A DNA stretch of 62,539 bases, the filler included, from Gemmatimonadota bacterium (lineage in GTDB: Bacteria > 4572-55 > J002): the NCBI GenBank assembly GCA_003697105.1. It is 6 parts of 6 records of this genome, joined end to end, with 100 filler letters (N's around TTAATTAATTAA, not from the genome) between each part and the next. Parts side by side here need not be neighbours in the genome. Positions count along the whole stretch, not along the records: positions 46,378 to 53,198 come from RFFQ01000119.1; positions 53,299 to 62,539 come from RFFQ01000122.1; 4 more parts are not named here. One strand, written 5' to 3'. Under the pieces are notes generated by a model. The model saw nothing but the letters and a program-made list of their open reading frames with translations. It made no database searches and was not told the DNA's origin. Made by a program: the position numbers and the translations under genes. Positions 49,083 to 60,265 of the stretch are shown in pieces. How positions within the stretch are numbered: the first letter of the stretch is position 1; each line of letters opens with the position of its first letter.

Positions 49083-50510
49083 ATGGGTACCACCTTTACA
49101 GAAGACCGGTGGAGGCACAACAGGACTAAAAACAGTGCTAAAATGGTTTTCACGACAGTACATACATGGATTGCTCGGGTTGTTTGCGGTATTTCCCCCC
49201 CATATCGCAAGTGGGTTTTTGCCGCCCTTATGGCGGGGTGTATTCCGTTTACCCCCATTTTTTCGGGAGCAAGCCGGTCTCCTCAGGACGACACGGTACT
49301 GATCTTTGAAAAATATCAAAACTTGCCCCCCTATGGGCAGGTAGATGAAAGCCTTTCCCCAGCGCGTTTGACCTTACATGATTTAATGCCGGAAGTCAAC
49401 CAAACGTGGACAGGGAAAGTCGAGCAGAACCCAGAACACGTATTTTTGCTGGAAGAGGTCAAGGAAGAACGGTCGGCGGTATTGTATGATTTGGGCGGAT
49501 ACCAACCCCAAATATACATTTTCAATACGGCAGATATTCAGGAAAAAATCACGGACTGGCGACGCCACGTTTACCGGATGCAAAATCTGGCGAAGATCGA
49601 TACCTTAAATGTGCTAGATCAATTAAGTGATGAAGAATTATCACTATATCTAAAGATGACACCGTACCAAGCACGGGTGGCTGAGATTGCCGAATTGACC
49701 GGTTTGGATGCGAAAATTTACCTCTCACTCTTTTGGGCTGAAACCAATTTAACGCATTTTTCTTACTCCGCACGTCGTCAGAAATGGGGTGTTATTATCT
49801 CCCCCAAGCAAGCGTGGGGTATTGCACAGGTGACACACTATGGGTTCACCCAAATTGACCGGGATCATGCCTTTTACCGGAGCATCCCGAAAAAACGGGA
49901 ATTGATTCTACGCGAGTATGCCCGTTCTAACTCAATAGAAGCCGTGCTGGAAAACGTGCCGAATGTCGGTTACTACTATGTGCGGCATATCTTGAGCCAA
50001 GCCGGTTATTCATTACCCCCCGATAATCGCGCGGCGGAGTTTGCGCATCTCAAACGGGACGATCTCTATAATCTGAATTTTCGCAGTCAGGAAAAAGCAC
50101 GTCTATTTGATTCTCATGTAGATAAAGTACGCCTTATTCTGGATACTTTGGTTGGACCAGGCGCCGTGGACCGGGAACGTTATAAAATTGACCCCCTTTA
50201 CGCCTTCAGCGTAGGCTGTGCCTATTTTTATCTGGATTACGTGACGTTTATGGACGAACCCCTTCTAGCCGATACCAATGATCTGATTGAAGCCTGCGTG
50301 GGTGCTTATAACAGCGGGCGAAGCGGCACACAATATCGATTGCGAAAATACAAAACCCGGTGGCACCGTGCCAAACCGAAAGAAACAAAAGGGCACTGGC
50401 GCCGATTCCAGACCGCGTACCAGCATCTTTCATCCATCGAAAGAACCTTTGCGGAAGCCCGCCAGCGCCAATTAATGGCGCAACAACGCTTAATGAACAA
50501 CACCCCTTAA
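49083..50510 (+). CDS. Lytic transglycosylase (SLT)-like protein with large insertion; start uncertain
   Basis: AET (catalytic Glu), SPKQAWGIAQV, GCAYF, AYNSG motifs in SLT order. Confidence 0.65.
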   Translation: MGTTFTEDRWRHNRTKNSAKMVFTTVHTWIARVVCGISPPYRKWVFAALMAGCIPFTPIFSGASRSPQDDTVLIFEKYQNLPPYGQVDESLSPARLTLHDLMPEVNQTWTGKVEQNPEHVFLLEEVKEERSAVLYDLGGYQPQIYIFNTADIQEKITDWRRHVYRMQNLAKIDTLNVLDQLSDEELSLYLKMTPYQARVAEIAELTGLDAKIYLSLFWAETNLTHFSYSARRQKWGVIISPKQAWGIAQVTHYGFTQIDRDHAFYRSIPKKRELILREYARSNSIEAVLENVPNVGYYYVRHILSQAGYSLPPDNRAAEFAHLKRDDLYNLNFRSQEKARLFDSHVDKVRLILDTLVGPGAVDRERYKIDPLYAFSVGCAYFYLDYVTFMDEPLLADTNDLIEACVGAYNSGRSGTQYRLRKYKTRWHRAKPKETKGHWRRFQTAYQHLSSIERTFAEARQRQLMAQQRLMNNTP

Positions 50511-50537
50511 CCGCACCCATGTGGCGCCGGTACGATC

Positions 50538-51320
50538 ATGTATCCCATCCTTTTTGAAGTTGGTGCCTTATCGATAAAATCTTACGGGGTAATGTTGGCG
50601 TTGTCATTTATCACCGGCACGTACCTCTCCCTCCAGCGCGCCAAACAGGTGGGGTTAAATCCAGATGATATAATTGATTTGATTCTCGTCATCCTCGTCT
50701 CCTCTATTGGGGGGGCGAGGATGCTTTTTGTAGCAACCCATTTTTCCTACTATTACACCGCACCGATCCGAATATTGATGGTGTGGGAAGGTGGGTTGAT
50801 CTTGTATGGTGGGATCATCGGGGCACTTCTCGCCGGATGGTGGTTTGTCCGCCGGCGAAACATCCCGTTTTTGAAGGCGGCAGATACCGTTATACCGGCC
50901 GTCGCACTGGGTATCGGGATAACCCGAATCGGCTGTTTTTTGAATGGATGCTGTTTTGGATTTTCCTGTGACCCCGACTTTGTGCTGGGTGTAACCTTTC
51001 CGGTAGGCAGTCCGGCGGATATAGCTGGTTTAAGCGGTAAGCTCTACCCGACACAACTTTATAGTTCTGTTGCCGGATTTGTCCTCTTTGGGGTGTTGTC
51101 CGTAGCAGACCGAAAAAAACGGTTTGAAGGGTTTACGTTAAGCCTCTTTTTGACTCTCTATGCTCTTTTCCGCTTCATTGTCGAATTTTACCGGTATCAT
51201 GATGATGCTTTTTTTTATCATGGTCAGCGGGTGATGACGGTGAGCCAGTTGATCAGTCTTTTGCTATGTTTTGGTGGGATCGGACTTGGCGGGTACCTGT
51301 ACCGGAAGGCGCGATCCTAA
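50538..51320 (+). CDS. lgt: Prolipoprotein diacylglyceryl transferase
   Basis: MYPILF, YG, GAR, GGL-LYGG, RIGCFLNGCCFG, PTQLY, RF-VEF-R. Confidence 0.95.
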   Translation: MYPILFEVGALSIKSYGVMLALSFITGTYLSLQRAKQVGLNPDDIIDLILVILVSSIGGARMLFVATHFSYYYTAPIRILMVWEGGLILYGGIIGALLAGWWFVRRRNIPFLKAADTVIPAVALGIGITRIGCFLNGCCFGFSCDPDFVLGVTFPVGSPADIAGLSGKLYPTQLYSSVAGFVLFGVLSVADRKKRFEGFTLSLFLTLYALFRFIVEFYRYHDDAFFYHGQRVMTVSQLISLLLCFGGIGLGGYLYRKARS

Positions 51321-53198
51321 TCTTGGGGTAGGGTCGCAGTTAATTCACAGATTTTATCTAACTGAAAATCCTTCAAACGCTCTCTGATCTGTGTGGTAAA
51401 TGCCAGATACTTCGCATTCGTGGTTTCAAGGTGGTCTAACACCGCTTCAATCCGGCGCACACTACCCATATCGGCTAAATGATAAATTTGTTGTAGATAC
51501 TCCGGTGGGGGGAAATAGATTTCCCCCTCTGGGGTAGGTTGTTCCTCGCGGGTTTCCTCGTAAACCCATTTTAAATGTAAATGACGGCTCAACCGGTCGA
51601 GTAAGGTGTCCAGGTGAATTGGTTTGGTAAGGAAGTCATCACAACCGGCATCCAAGCACTCTTGGCGGGTATATTCAAATGCACTAGCAGAAACCATAAT
51701 CACGACAATATGCTGCAGATTAGGATCTTTCCGCATGTATCTCACCACATCAATTCCGTTGAGTTGCGGCATGACCAAATCCATCAAGATAATGTCCGGT
51801 AGATATTTTGTGGCTTTATCGAGTGCATCTTTACCATCTACGGCCTCAATAAAATCAAAGTTTAAGGGTTGCAGTAAATCTTTTAGGACGATCCGGTTTT
51901 CAGTTTTATCATCGGCAATTAAGATGGATCGTCGTTTACCTTCATATCCCAAAATACGGGGGGCGACGCCATTTGCTTCGGGGGAATCTTCTGCCACCGG
52001 TAAGTCGAGGTCAAACCAAAAGGTCGTACCGGTATCAACGTCACTTTTAACATGCAAGGTACTCCCCATTTTTTGAGCGAGACGCTGGCTGATCGCCAAA
52101 CCTAAGCCGGTACCTTCACTTTGCAACCGGGCATCTGAAATTTGGCAAAAAGGCTCGAAAATATCGGTGATTTTGTCTGCCGGAATGCCAATGCCGGAGT
52201 CTTCCACCTGAAAGCGAATCTGTTCGTAATGATAGCCTACTTTCAGTTTAATATAACCTTGAAGTGTAAATTTGACGGCATTACTAAGGAGATTGAGTAA
52301 AATTTGCCGGATCCGCTTTTCATCCCCCATGACGGTGGGTGGCAAATTGTCATCAATGTCGCTCATAAAATGAAGTGCTTTTTGTTCGGCACGCAGGCGA
52401 ATCGTTTCGCAAATATTTTGGAGCATATCCAACAGGCGGAAGTTTGCCGGTTCAATATCCAAACGCCCGGCTTCAATTTTAGAAAGGTCTAAAATCTCGT
52501 TGATCAGGGTTAATAAGTGTTCACCACTACGGCGGATAATCTCCAATCCTTCCTTTTGTTTTTCCGTCAGAGGGGTATTGGCTAAAATCTGAGCATATCC
52601 CAAAATACCATTGAGCGGTGTTCGCAATTCATGGCTCATATTTGCCAGAAAGACACTTTTTGCCTGATTGGCGGCTTCGGCTTCCGCTTTTGCCTGAATT
52701 AAGGTCTCTTCCACTTGTTTGCGTTCGTCAATTTCGCGTTTAAGTTCTACGTTTTTCAACCGGTAAATTTCAGCTTCCTTGATCCGTTTTTCCGCCTCGT
52801 ACCGGGCTTGAATTTCGGCAAATTGACGGGTTTTTTCCTCATTAAACATAGATTCCTTACACTGAATGTACTTCTTGTAAAATATCAGTGCTTGGACGCT
52901 ATCTTCTTTTTTTTCATATACCTTCGCTAAGGTATGGTAGTTCTGAACTTCAGGTAATTTCGCACCGATCTCCTTCGCAAACCTTAAACTTTCCTGACAA
53001 AACTGAATGGCGGTGCCTAAATCCTCCAAACGCACGTAAATTTGGGCAATATTATGCAAGGTGATAACCAAATGAAGTTTGTCTCCAATTTCATCACAAA
53101 TATGGTGTGCTTTATTGTAGTAGTCTAAGGCAAGATGGAGGTTGTCCCAATCCCGGTAAATATTGCCAATGTTATTGTAACAAAGGGCAATACCGTAC
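51317..53198 (-). CDS. TPR-containing hybrid histidine kinase/response regulator (5' end lost at contig edge)
   Basis: TPRs (YNNIGNIY, LHNIAQIY), FLANMSHELRTPLN, NLLSNAVKFT, GTGLGL, receiver DD…MDLVMP…KP. Confidence 0.94.
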
Positions 53199-53298
53199 NN
53201 NNNNNNNNNNNNNNNNNNNNNNNNNNNNNNNNNNNNNNNNNNTTAATTAATTAANNNNNNNNNNNNNNNNNNNNNNNNNNNNNNNNNNNNNNNNNNNN
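53199..53298. other. Artificial contig spacer
   Basis: N-run + TTAATTAATTAA + N-run. Confidence 0.99.
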
Positions 53299-56200
53299 CT
53301 CAAGCCGGAGGCATCATAAATTTGGCAGGTGATCTGAAAGGTCTCATCGTCAAAGGTGCTCGTCGGGGCAAAATTGGAGATCGTTGGCGGGGTAGAATCA
53401 TCATCGCCGACATAGATAAGCAACGGGAGGGTCCAGATCGCTGACGCATCCCCCGCATGATCGGCATCGGCATCGCGGGCATAAATGCGGAAGATAAATT
53501 CCGTACCGGCGGGCAATGCGGGGAATTCGCTCTCCGATTGGTAGCGGTCACCACTCAGGAGCACCAACGGGGTTTCCGTAGCGTCTTCGGTCAGTTCGCC
53601 GTCGGTATCCCAGCGGACGAACTGTTCGGCAAGCCCGCTGGCATCGGTGATGGTAGCAGAGACGTAAAACGGGTTATTATCCTCAATGCCTTCCGGGAGA
53701 ACATCCGTCACGACGGGCGCATCTGGGTCATCATCGTAAACAGTTACCGTCTGAATACCGGAAATCGTTTGCCGTTCGTCGCCCAGATGATCCATATCGT
53801 TATCGGTGGCATAAATCCGGTAACGGATGACCGTCCCGCCCGGTTGTGCGGGAAGTACTGTTTGGGCGCGATAGTGGTTGTTACCCTGATGAATCAAGGT
53901 GATTTGTTCGCCGTCATCGGGAGTCTCGTCGGTATCCCACACCAGATACGCTTCAGAAAGTCCGCTGGTATCTTCAATATCACACTCGATGGAGATGGTC
54001 TCGTTATCCAGTACCTCGACCGGGGTAAAATTGGAAATAACCGGGGCATCGGGGTCATCATCGATCACGACAAATGAGATTCGTTCACTGACACCTCCGG
54101 TACGGTCGGCGGGATTTTCCAGATCGAAATCGTTATCCCAGGCATAAATTTCATAGAGAATTTCCGTGCCGGCAGGCTGGCGGTTGATCTGTTCCACACT
54201 TTGGAAGCGAGACCCACTCAGGGGGTTCATCTGCTGGACTTCAAAATTATCATCATCAATATTTCCGTCGTTATCCCACTTGATCCAGACCCCTTGCCCG
54301 TTGGGTGGACCCGAATCATCATCAAATACACCGGACGAATCGATAATATCTGCCTCAAAATAAAAGTCTTCATCATCGTAGAGCGCTACCGGACTAAAAT
54401 TGACAAACTCCGGCGGCAGAACATCATCATCGGCAACGACAATCTCAACGGTCTGGCTGATTGCCAAACTGCGATCCCGTAAAAATTCGTTATCCTGATC
54501 GTTATCCCAAGCGTAAATATTGTAGCTTAGTTCTGTCCCCACCGCTTGCTGGGGAATCGTGCTGACGGTAATCCAGGTATCCCCGTTGTAGGGTTCCATG
54601 TAGATGGAATCGGAGACCGCATCCGTTTGCCAGTACAAAATGACGAGATCAATCCCGGACTCATCCGTAATGTCGGCATACATGAAAGTGGATTGGTTGT
54701 CGGTCATTTCATCCGTAAGGTTGGTAATGATAGGCGGCGTGTTGTCATCATCCAAAATGGTGATGGTTTGCTGGGCACTTTCGCCCGGTTGGCGGTCGGC
54801 GGGGTAGCCGTTATCAAAATCGTTATCGGCGGCACGTACCACGTAGCGGAAAAAGGTACCCACCAACTGCGAGTCAATGGCTTCAGCAGTTTGGTAGCGG
54901 TTATTTCCAAGCGGAATCATCGCCACTTCCACGTTCTCTTCAAAGCCATTGGACCAGACCAGCGTGACGGAATCGTCATAAATCCCGGATGTATCCGTGA
55001 TCGTACATTCAATGGTGATGGTTTCGGCATCGGTGACGGCGGTTGGGGTAAAATCGGCAAATGTTGGCGGAGTTTGGTCATCATCGATTACTTCCAGCGG
55101 TTGGATGGCACTAACCGCCAGCGCTTTGTCACCTTCATCTTCGTTATCAAAATCGTTATCTTTGGCGTAAATCTGGTAAACAAAATCCACATCAAAGTGG
55201 TAGCTCCCAATGAGGTCGGTGGTGCGGAAGGTATCGCCGCTATCGCGAACCATTGGGGTGCGGAATTTGGTCAGTTCCAACTCGCCGTCAATATCCCAAT
55301 TGACATAGACACTGCTTTCATCAATCCCACTGGAGTCATCCACAATGGTTGCCGTGATCCAGAATGCCTCGTAATCCAGCACAGATTGTGGGGCAAAATC
55401 ACGGATTTCGGGTGGGGTGGCGTCATCATCGATAATTTCAATGGTGATGGTCTGGCTGGCAGATTGGGCGCGGTCACCGGGATAGGAATTATCAAAATCA
55501 TTATCATAGGCATAGACCCGGTAAACAAATGTCCCACTGGAGGGTTGCGGGGGCAAGGCGTCAATGGTGCGGTAGCGTCCTTGTGAACCGAGCACAAACG
55601 CCATCTGGGTTTCATTGGCATCTTCGGTCAGTTCGCCGTCATTATCCCACCAGATATAAATCCCCTGTCCGTCCGAACCCGTGTCATTATCAAACACGTT
55701 ACTGGGGTCAGTGATGGTACATTCGATGTAAAATTCAGCGGTATCATAAATGAGTTCGGGGGCAAAATCGCGGTATGTCGGTCCTTCGGCGTCATCATCA
55801 ACGATGGTCACGGTTTGCACCTCGCTAACCCCACTGAGCGCATCGCCTTCGTGGTCATCATCCACATCACTGGCATAGACCTGATAAACCAGATCGACCG
55901 CTACCGTTTGCGGATTGATCGACTCTGCCGCTACCCACCGCCCATCGATGAAATTCATCGTCACGGGACCATTGGCATTCACGATCAGATCGCCGTCATT
56001 ATCCCAATAGAGGTAAACGGAGTTGCTGTCCAGCCCGGAATCATCGGAAATCTGGCAAGAGAGCGTAAAACCCTCATCATCAAAGGCTTCTACCGGCTGA
56101 AAATCAAATGCCAGCGGCGGGTCGGTGTCTTCATCTTCAAACGTGATCGACAACGTATCGGTGGTGGTGCTGAGTGCATCACCGGGACGATCGGTGTCGG

Positions 56201-58241
56201 CATCCGTAGTTGTAATGGAAAAGCGGAACGCAAAGCCGGCTTGACCGGGAATTTGGGGGGGAATTTGGCTGACGGTCTGGTATTCATCCCCGCCGATATG
56301 CTCCAATGCCACTTCTGTTTCGGGATCAATGCCGTTTGTCCAAAAGAGAGACGCCGACGCCACCCCAGAGGCATCCTGAATCGTACAGGAGATGCTGAAG
56401 GGGGTGTCTTCAAGGGTGGTCGCCGGCAAAATATTGGTAATCACAGGCGCCTCGGTGTCATCATCCGTAAAAGTGATCGTCTCAGCGGTGCTGACCGTCG
56501 TCATACCATCGTCCGGTTGATCACGGTCGGCATCCGTTGCCCGTACCCGGTAAATAAAGAGTGAATCAAACAGGTCGGCGGTGATAAAAGCCGCGCTGGA
56601 TTGGTACGTACCATTACCATTTTCATCACCGCTGATCCGCAACATCGGCATCGTTTGATAATCGCTATCCAATTCTCCGTCAGTATCCCATTCCAGCAGT
56701 ACGAGCGTGGTATCGATCCCGCTGGTGGGGTCGCTGACATCCGCCGTAATGACAAAAGTGGGGCTGCTGTCCGAGACATTCGTTGGCGATAAGTTGGAGA
56801 TGAGGGGTGCATCCGAGTCATCGTCAGCGAAATTGACAGCAGCCACCAGACTGATTCCAAAGGTCGCGTCCTCCGGGCGATCATTATCGGCATCCCACGC
56901 CGTCCAGCGGAAAACAAAATTGGAGTCAAACACGTCTAGGGTATAAAATATTTCCGATTGGTACAATCCGGTGTACGTGGTGGTATCAGTGCCGGCATAT
57001 GTGCCCGTGCCGACGTTGAAGTCCGTCTCAAGTTCGCCGTCGGTATCCCACAGAACCCGCACAGAATCGGGATTAATCCCGGATTCATCATTGATGTTGC
57101 CGGAAAGCACAAAACTGGGTACATCATCGGTGATCATTGATGGGGCAAGACCGGCAAAGGTGGGTTCACTTTCATCATCGTCACTGAACTGGATGGTGAC
57201 CGTGGCGCTCGTTGCGCGGAGTTCATCCCCCGGATGGTCGGCATCCTGATCATTGGCAGTGACGCGGTAGAGAAAATCCATGCCGTAAACCTCAGCGGTG
57301 GTGAAAACGCTATCACTCACATAGTGATTGTCACTTACTAACGACATGTTTACGGATTGAAACCCATTGTCCAGATCACCGTCCACATCCCATTCCAACA
57401 CGACCGACGCCGGATCAACCCCGCTGGTGGAATCCAAGACCGTTGCGGTAATTTCAAATGTCGTTTGATTATCGATCAGGGCGGTTGGCGCTAAATCGCC
57501 AATTACGGGGACATCTTGATCATCATCGGTGATCGTAATGGTGAAGAGTTCGCTGGCAGATTGCATCCGGTCATTGGGGTTGTTCCGGTCAAAATCGTTA
57601 TCGTGGGCAAAAATTTGGCCGGTAATTAGGACTCCGGCAGGCATTGGCGGCAGCGCAACATCAACGCGATAGGCTTGCAAACTGTCTGACCAACTCAGTT
57701 GCACTTCGGTAGCATCGGTGACCAGTTCACCATCGGTATCCCACAACAGATATATCCCTTGCCCCTCTGAGCCGGTGCTATCATCATATACACCGGAGAG
57801 CGAATCGGCAATTTGCGCCGAGATCCCGATCGATTCGGAATCCAGCACCGTGGACGGTTGTATCCCGGAAATATTGGGACCGACGCCATCATCATCCGCT
57901 GTGGCATAGACGGTATCGGTCGGTGTACTGGGGATGCTACTTCCAAAATCAATCGCGATGACGGAATAGCCGTAAGTTCCCAGTTGCAATACGGTTTCAT
58001 CGGTGTAGGTCAATGCGGCGGGGAAGATGGTAATTGCCGGAATACCATCCGTCCGGCGCACTTGAAAAAAGACATCATCCATCAGTTCGGCGGGGTAATC
58101 CCACGCCAAGCTAATTGCAGAATCATTAACCGCCGTCACGCGCAACTGCGTCGGCGGTGCCGTCTGTGCCCCTGCGGTACCCCCGGCAACGGGCAACAGC
58201 CCTAATAACAACCCCAAACAGACCCATAATTTGCGGTTCAT
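53299..58241 (-). CDS. Giant secreted acidic repeat protein (FN3-like N-domain + at least 14 Ig-like repeats), 3'-truncated
   Basis: Signal peptide; PPTQL…LAW…YTD…Y-Y-V-A FN3 pattern; repeats starting DDD-x-x-x-P. Confidence 0.9.
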
Positions 58242-58333
58242 TATCGCACCCCTCTGGATAAATGAACGTTATATCATATTGATTTTACTACCATTTAATC
58301 AAATGACTTGAAGTGATTTGTTAAGTAAACTCG

Positions 58334-58362
58334 ATCATACTCGATTTAGACCCCTTTGTCAA
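58334..58362 (-). promoter_or_regulatory. Sigma70 promoter of the giant repeat protein
   Basis: Minus strand TTGACA-17 nt-TATGAT. Confidence 0.75.
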
Positions 58363-58380
58363 CAAAAATTTTGGGAAGGC

Positions 58381-58416
58381 AAAAACAAACCCCTGATACC
58401 ATCAGGCATCAGGGGT
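58381..58416 (-). terminator. Intrinsic terminator
   Basis: ACCCCTGAT…ATCAGGGGT stem followed by TTTGTTTTT on the minus strand. Confidence 0.8.
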
Positions 58417-58422
58417 AACCCG

Positions 58423-58558
58423 ACCTGCCGCACCCCCGATGTGCTGAATAGACATTTTTATAGCGAGATTCAAGGCGGTCAAGAGTAGGTGGGTCTGTTT
58501 TACCGGTGTAAGGGGTCGCCATTACAATGGCTAAAAACAGGGATGCGGAAAGGCAGGT
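58423..58558 (-). ncRNA. Candidate structured RNA (unassigned)
   Basis: End-to-end closing helices plus nested internal stems; lies between a stop codon and a terminator. Confidence 0.3.
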
Positions 58559-58591
58559 AACGGTTTAGGGAAAAACATGCCGCGTGGGGCA

Positions 58592-59089
58592 TTAGCGTGA
58601 GGAGTTTTCGTATTGTTTTTCGCGAGAACGGCGATCTAGGGCGGCTTGGCGGATGTGTTCAGCGGTCTTCCAATCTTGCTGTTCTTGAGGCGTGGTGACC
58701 CGAAGTGGGGGAACCGGTTGGGGTTTACCTTTCGTATCAATAGCGACCATGGTGACAAAGGAGGTGCAACAGTGGGTTCGTTCGCCGTTGTTGGGATTTT
58801 CACTCCAAACGATCACTTTGATCATCATGGAGGAGCGCCCCACGTAAATGGTCTTTGCGCAGATGTGGACGAGGAAGTTGGCTTTGATGGGGGTATGAAA
58901 ATCAATGGCTTCTACCGATGCCGTCACGACGTGTTCATGACAGTAACGGATGGCACACATGGCGGCAGCTTTATCGATCATCTCCATTAGTTTGCCTCCA
59001 AACAAAGCGTTATAGCGATTGGTATAAGCCGGTAGTACCAAGTCATTCATTTCGACGGTGATGGGAGGCTGCGGGGGTCGGTTTGGCAT
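58592..59089 (-). CDS. Hot-dog fold acyl-CoA thioesterase (YciA-like)
   Basis: LVLP-xTN-x-x-xLFGG-LM-xID, VTASV, GRSSM, TMVAID-xGKP-PVP. Confidence 0.93.
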   Translation of the reverse strand: MPNRPPQPPITVEMNDLVLPAYTNRYNALFGGKLMEMIDKAAAMCAIRYCHEHVVTASVEAIDFHTPIKANFLVHICAKTIYVGRSSMMIKVIVWSENPNNGERTHCCTSFVTMVAIDTKGKPQPVPPLRVTTPQEQQDWKTAEHIRQAALDRRSREKQYENSSR

Positions 59090-59098
59090 TACATTCCT

Positions 59099-60265
59099 TT
59101 ACAATTTACGGATAATGGAAATGGTCATATCATCTTTTTGGGGTGTGGTACCGCAAAATTGGCTGAGGGTTTCAAACACCTCATTGATAATTTCAGAGGC
59201 GGGCAGGTGATAATGTTTTTTGAGCAAGCGCTCGAAGCGTTCAAAGCCGAACAAATCGGTTTTGGCATTCATGGCATTAACAATGCCGCTGTTATAGAGG
59301 ATCAACGTTTCGCCCGCTTGAAATTGATGTTCATGGCAGTGAAAAGTCAAATCCGATTGGACACCCATCGGCAGCGAAGTGGCGGCGAGCTGGTCAATTT
59401 GTACAGAGCCATTCACACCCCGCACGGTATAGGGGAAGGGATGCCCGGCACTGGCATAGTGCATCACTCCCGTTGCGGTATTGAGCATGGCATAAAACAG
59501 GGTGACAAATGTTTTTTCCGTCCAGGCGGTGCATAAAATCCGGTTGATGGTTTGGAGGACGATTTCCGGCGGGGATTGCTGGGGTATTTGGGCATAAATA
59601 CCGCTTTTTACCATCGCCATCAACAAGGCGGCAGGCAACCCTTTACCGCTCACATCCGCGATAACGGCGTTCAACTCCCGGTCGTTGCGGGGGATAAAAT
59701 CGAAGTAATCGCCCCCAATTTCTTCCGCGGCGATACTGGCGCCGTAAATATCCCAACCCTCAATTTCGGGGAAGGCGGGGGGGAGCAAGGAGACTTGCAC
59801 CATTCGCCCTCGATCCATTTCCTCCGTCAGCAACAGAGAGGTGGTCTGGAGTTCAACGGTTCGGAGTTCCAACTCCATGGTTTGTTCAAGGATACGACTT
59901 TCCAGATCGGCATTCAGTTTTTCGAGTTGTTTACGGGATTGAAGCAAGTTCTGCCGCATCCGGTCCAGGTGAAGGGCAAGTTGCCCGAATTCATCCTGCC
60001 GGTTAATCGTGATCGGCTGTTTGAGGTCACCGGCGGAAATCGACTGAATATCACTGACGATATGTTTCAGGGGCTGAATGACCATGTTTGCCATCATGAT
60101 GGCAGCCGCTATCGTGATAAGTGAGGCAAAAAATGCCACACCGATAATGCCCCGGACGAGTGGGGCGGTTAAATCTCCATATATCCAAATGAGGCTAAAT
60201 ATCACCACGATGGTAAATAGGGTGACGCAGAGCGAGAGCAGAATAAACCGGCTGCGGATACTCAT
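59099..60265 (-). CDS. Membrane HAMP + SpoIIE/PP2C (RsbU-like) phosphatase
   Basis: 2 TM, HAMP (DEFGQLA), GGDYFD, ADVSGKG, SAGHP, DDMT; ATGA overlap at 60265. Confidence 0.9.
   Translation of the reverse strand: MSIRSRFILLSLCVTLFTIVVIFSLIWIYGDLTAPLVRGIIGVAFFASLITIAAAIMMANMVIQPLKHIVSDIQSISAGDLKQPITINRQDEFGQLALHLDRMRQNLLQSRKQLEKLNADLESRILEQTMELELRTVELQTTSLLLTEEMDRGRMVQVSLLPPAFPEIEGWDIYGASIAAEEIGGDYFDFIPRNDRELNAVIADVSGKGLPAALLMAMVKSGIYAQIPQQSPPEIVLQTINRILCTAWTEKTFVTLFYAMLNTATGVMHYASAGHPFPYTVRGVNGSVQIDQLAATSLPMGVQSDLTFHCHEHQFQAGETLILYNSGIVNAMNAKTDLFGFERFERLLKKHYHLPASEIINEVFETLSQFCGTTPQKDDMTISIIRKL

Noticed and set aside
12046-53254. Five recurring TTAATTAATTAA motifs within N-runs
   Set aside because: Identical 100-nt six-frame-stop linkers; assembly artefacts. 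ORFs containing X runs and any cross-spacer synteny are not biological.
53457-58205. Long plus-strand ORFs (e.g. 54546-55586, 55815-56564) opposite the giant protein
   Set aside because: Antisense shadows of a biased, repetitive coding strand; no RBS or domain features. The same applies to shadows over the PKD, M16, FG-GAP and kinase genes.
58423-58558. Cobalamin riboswitch or 6S RNA
   Set aside because: GACCTGCC is present but the other B12-box elements are missing or out of order; shorter and more branched than 6S RNA. Kept only as an unassigned candidate.
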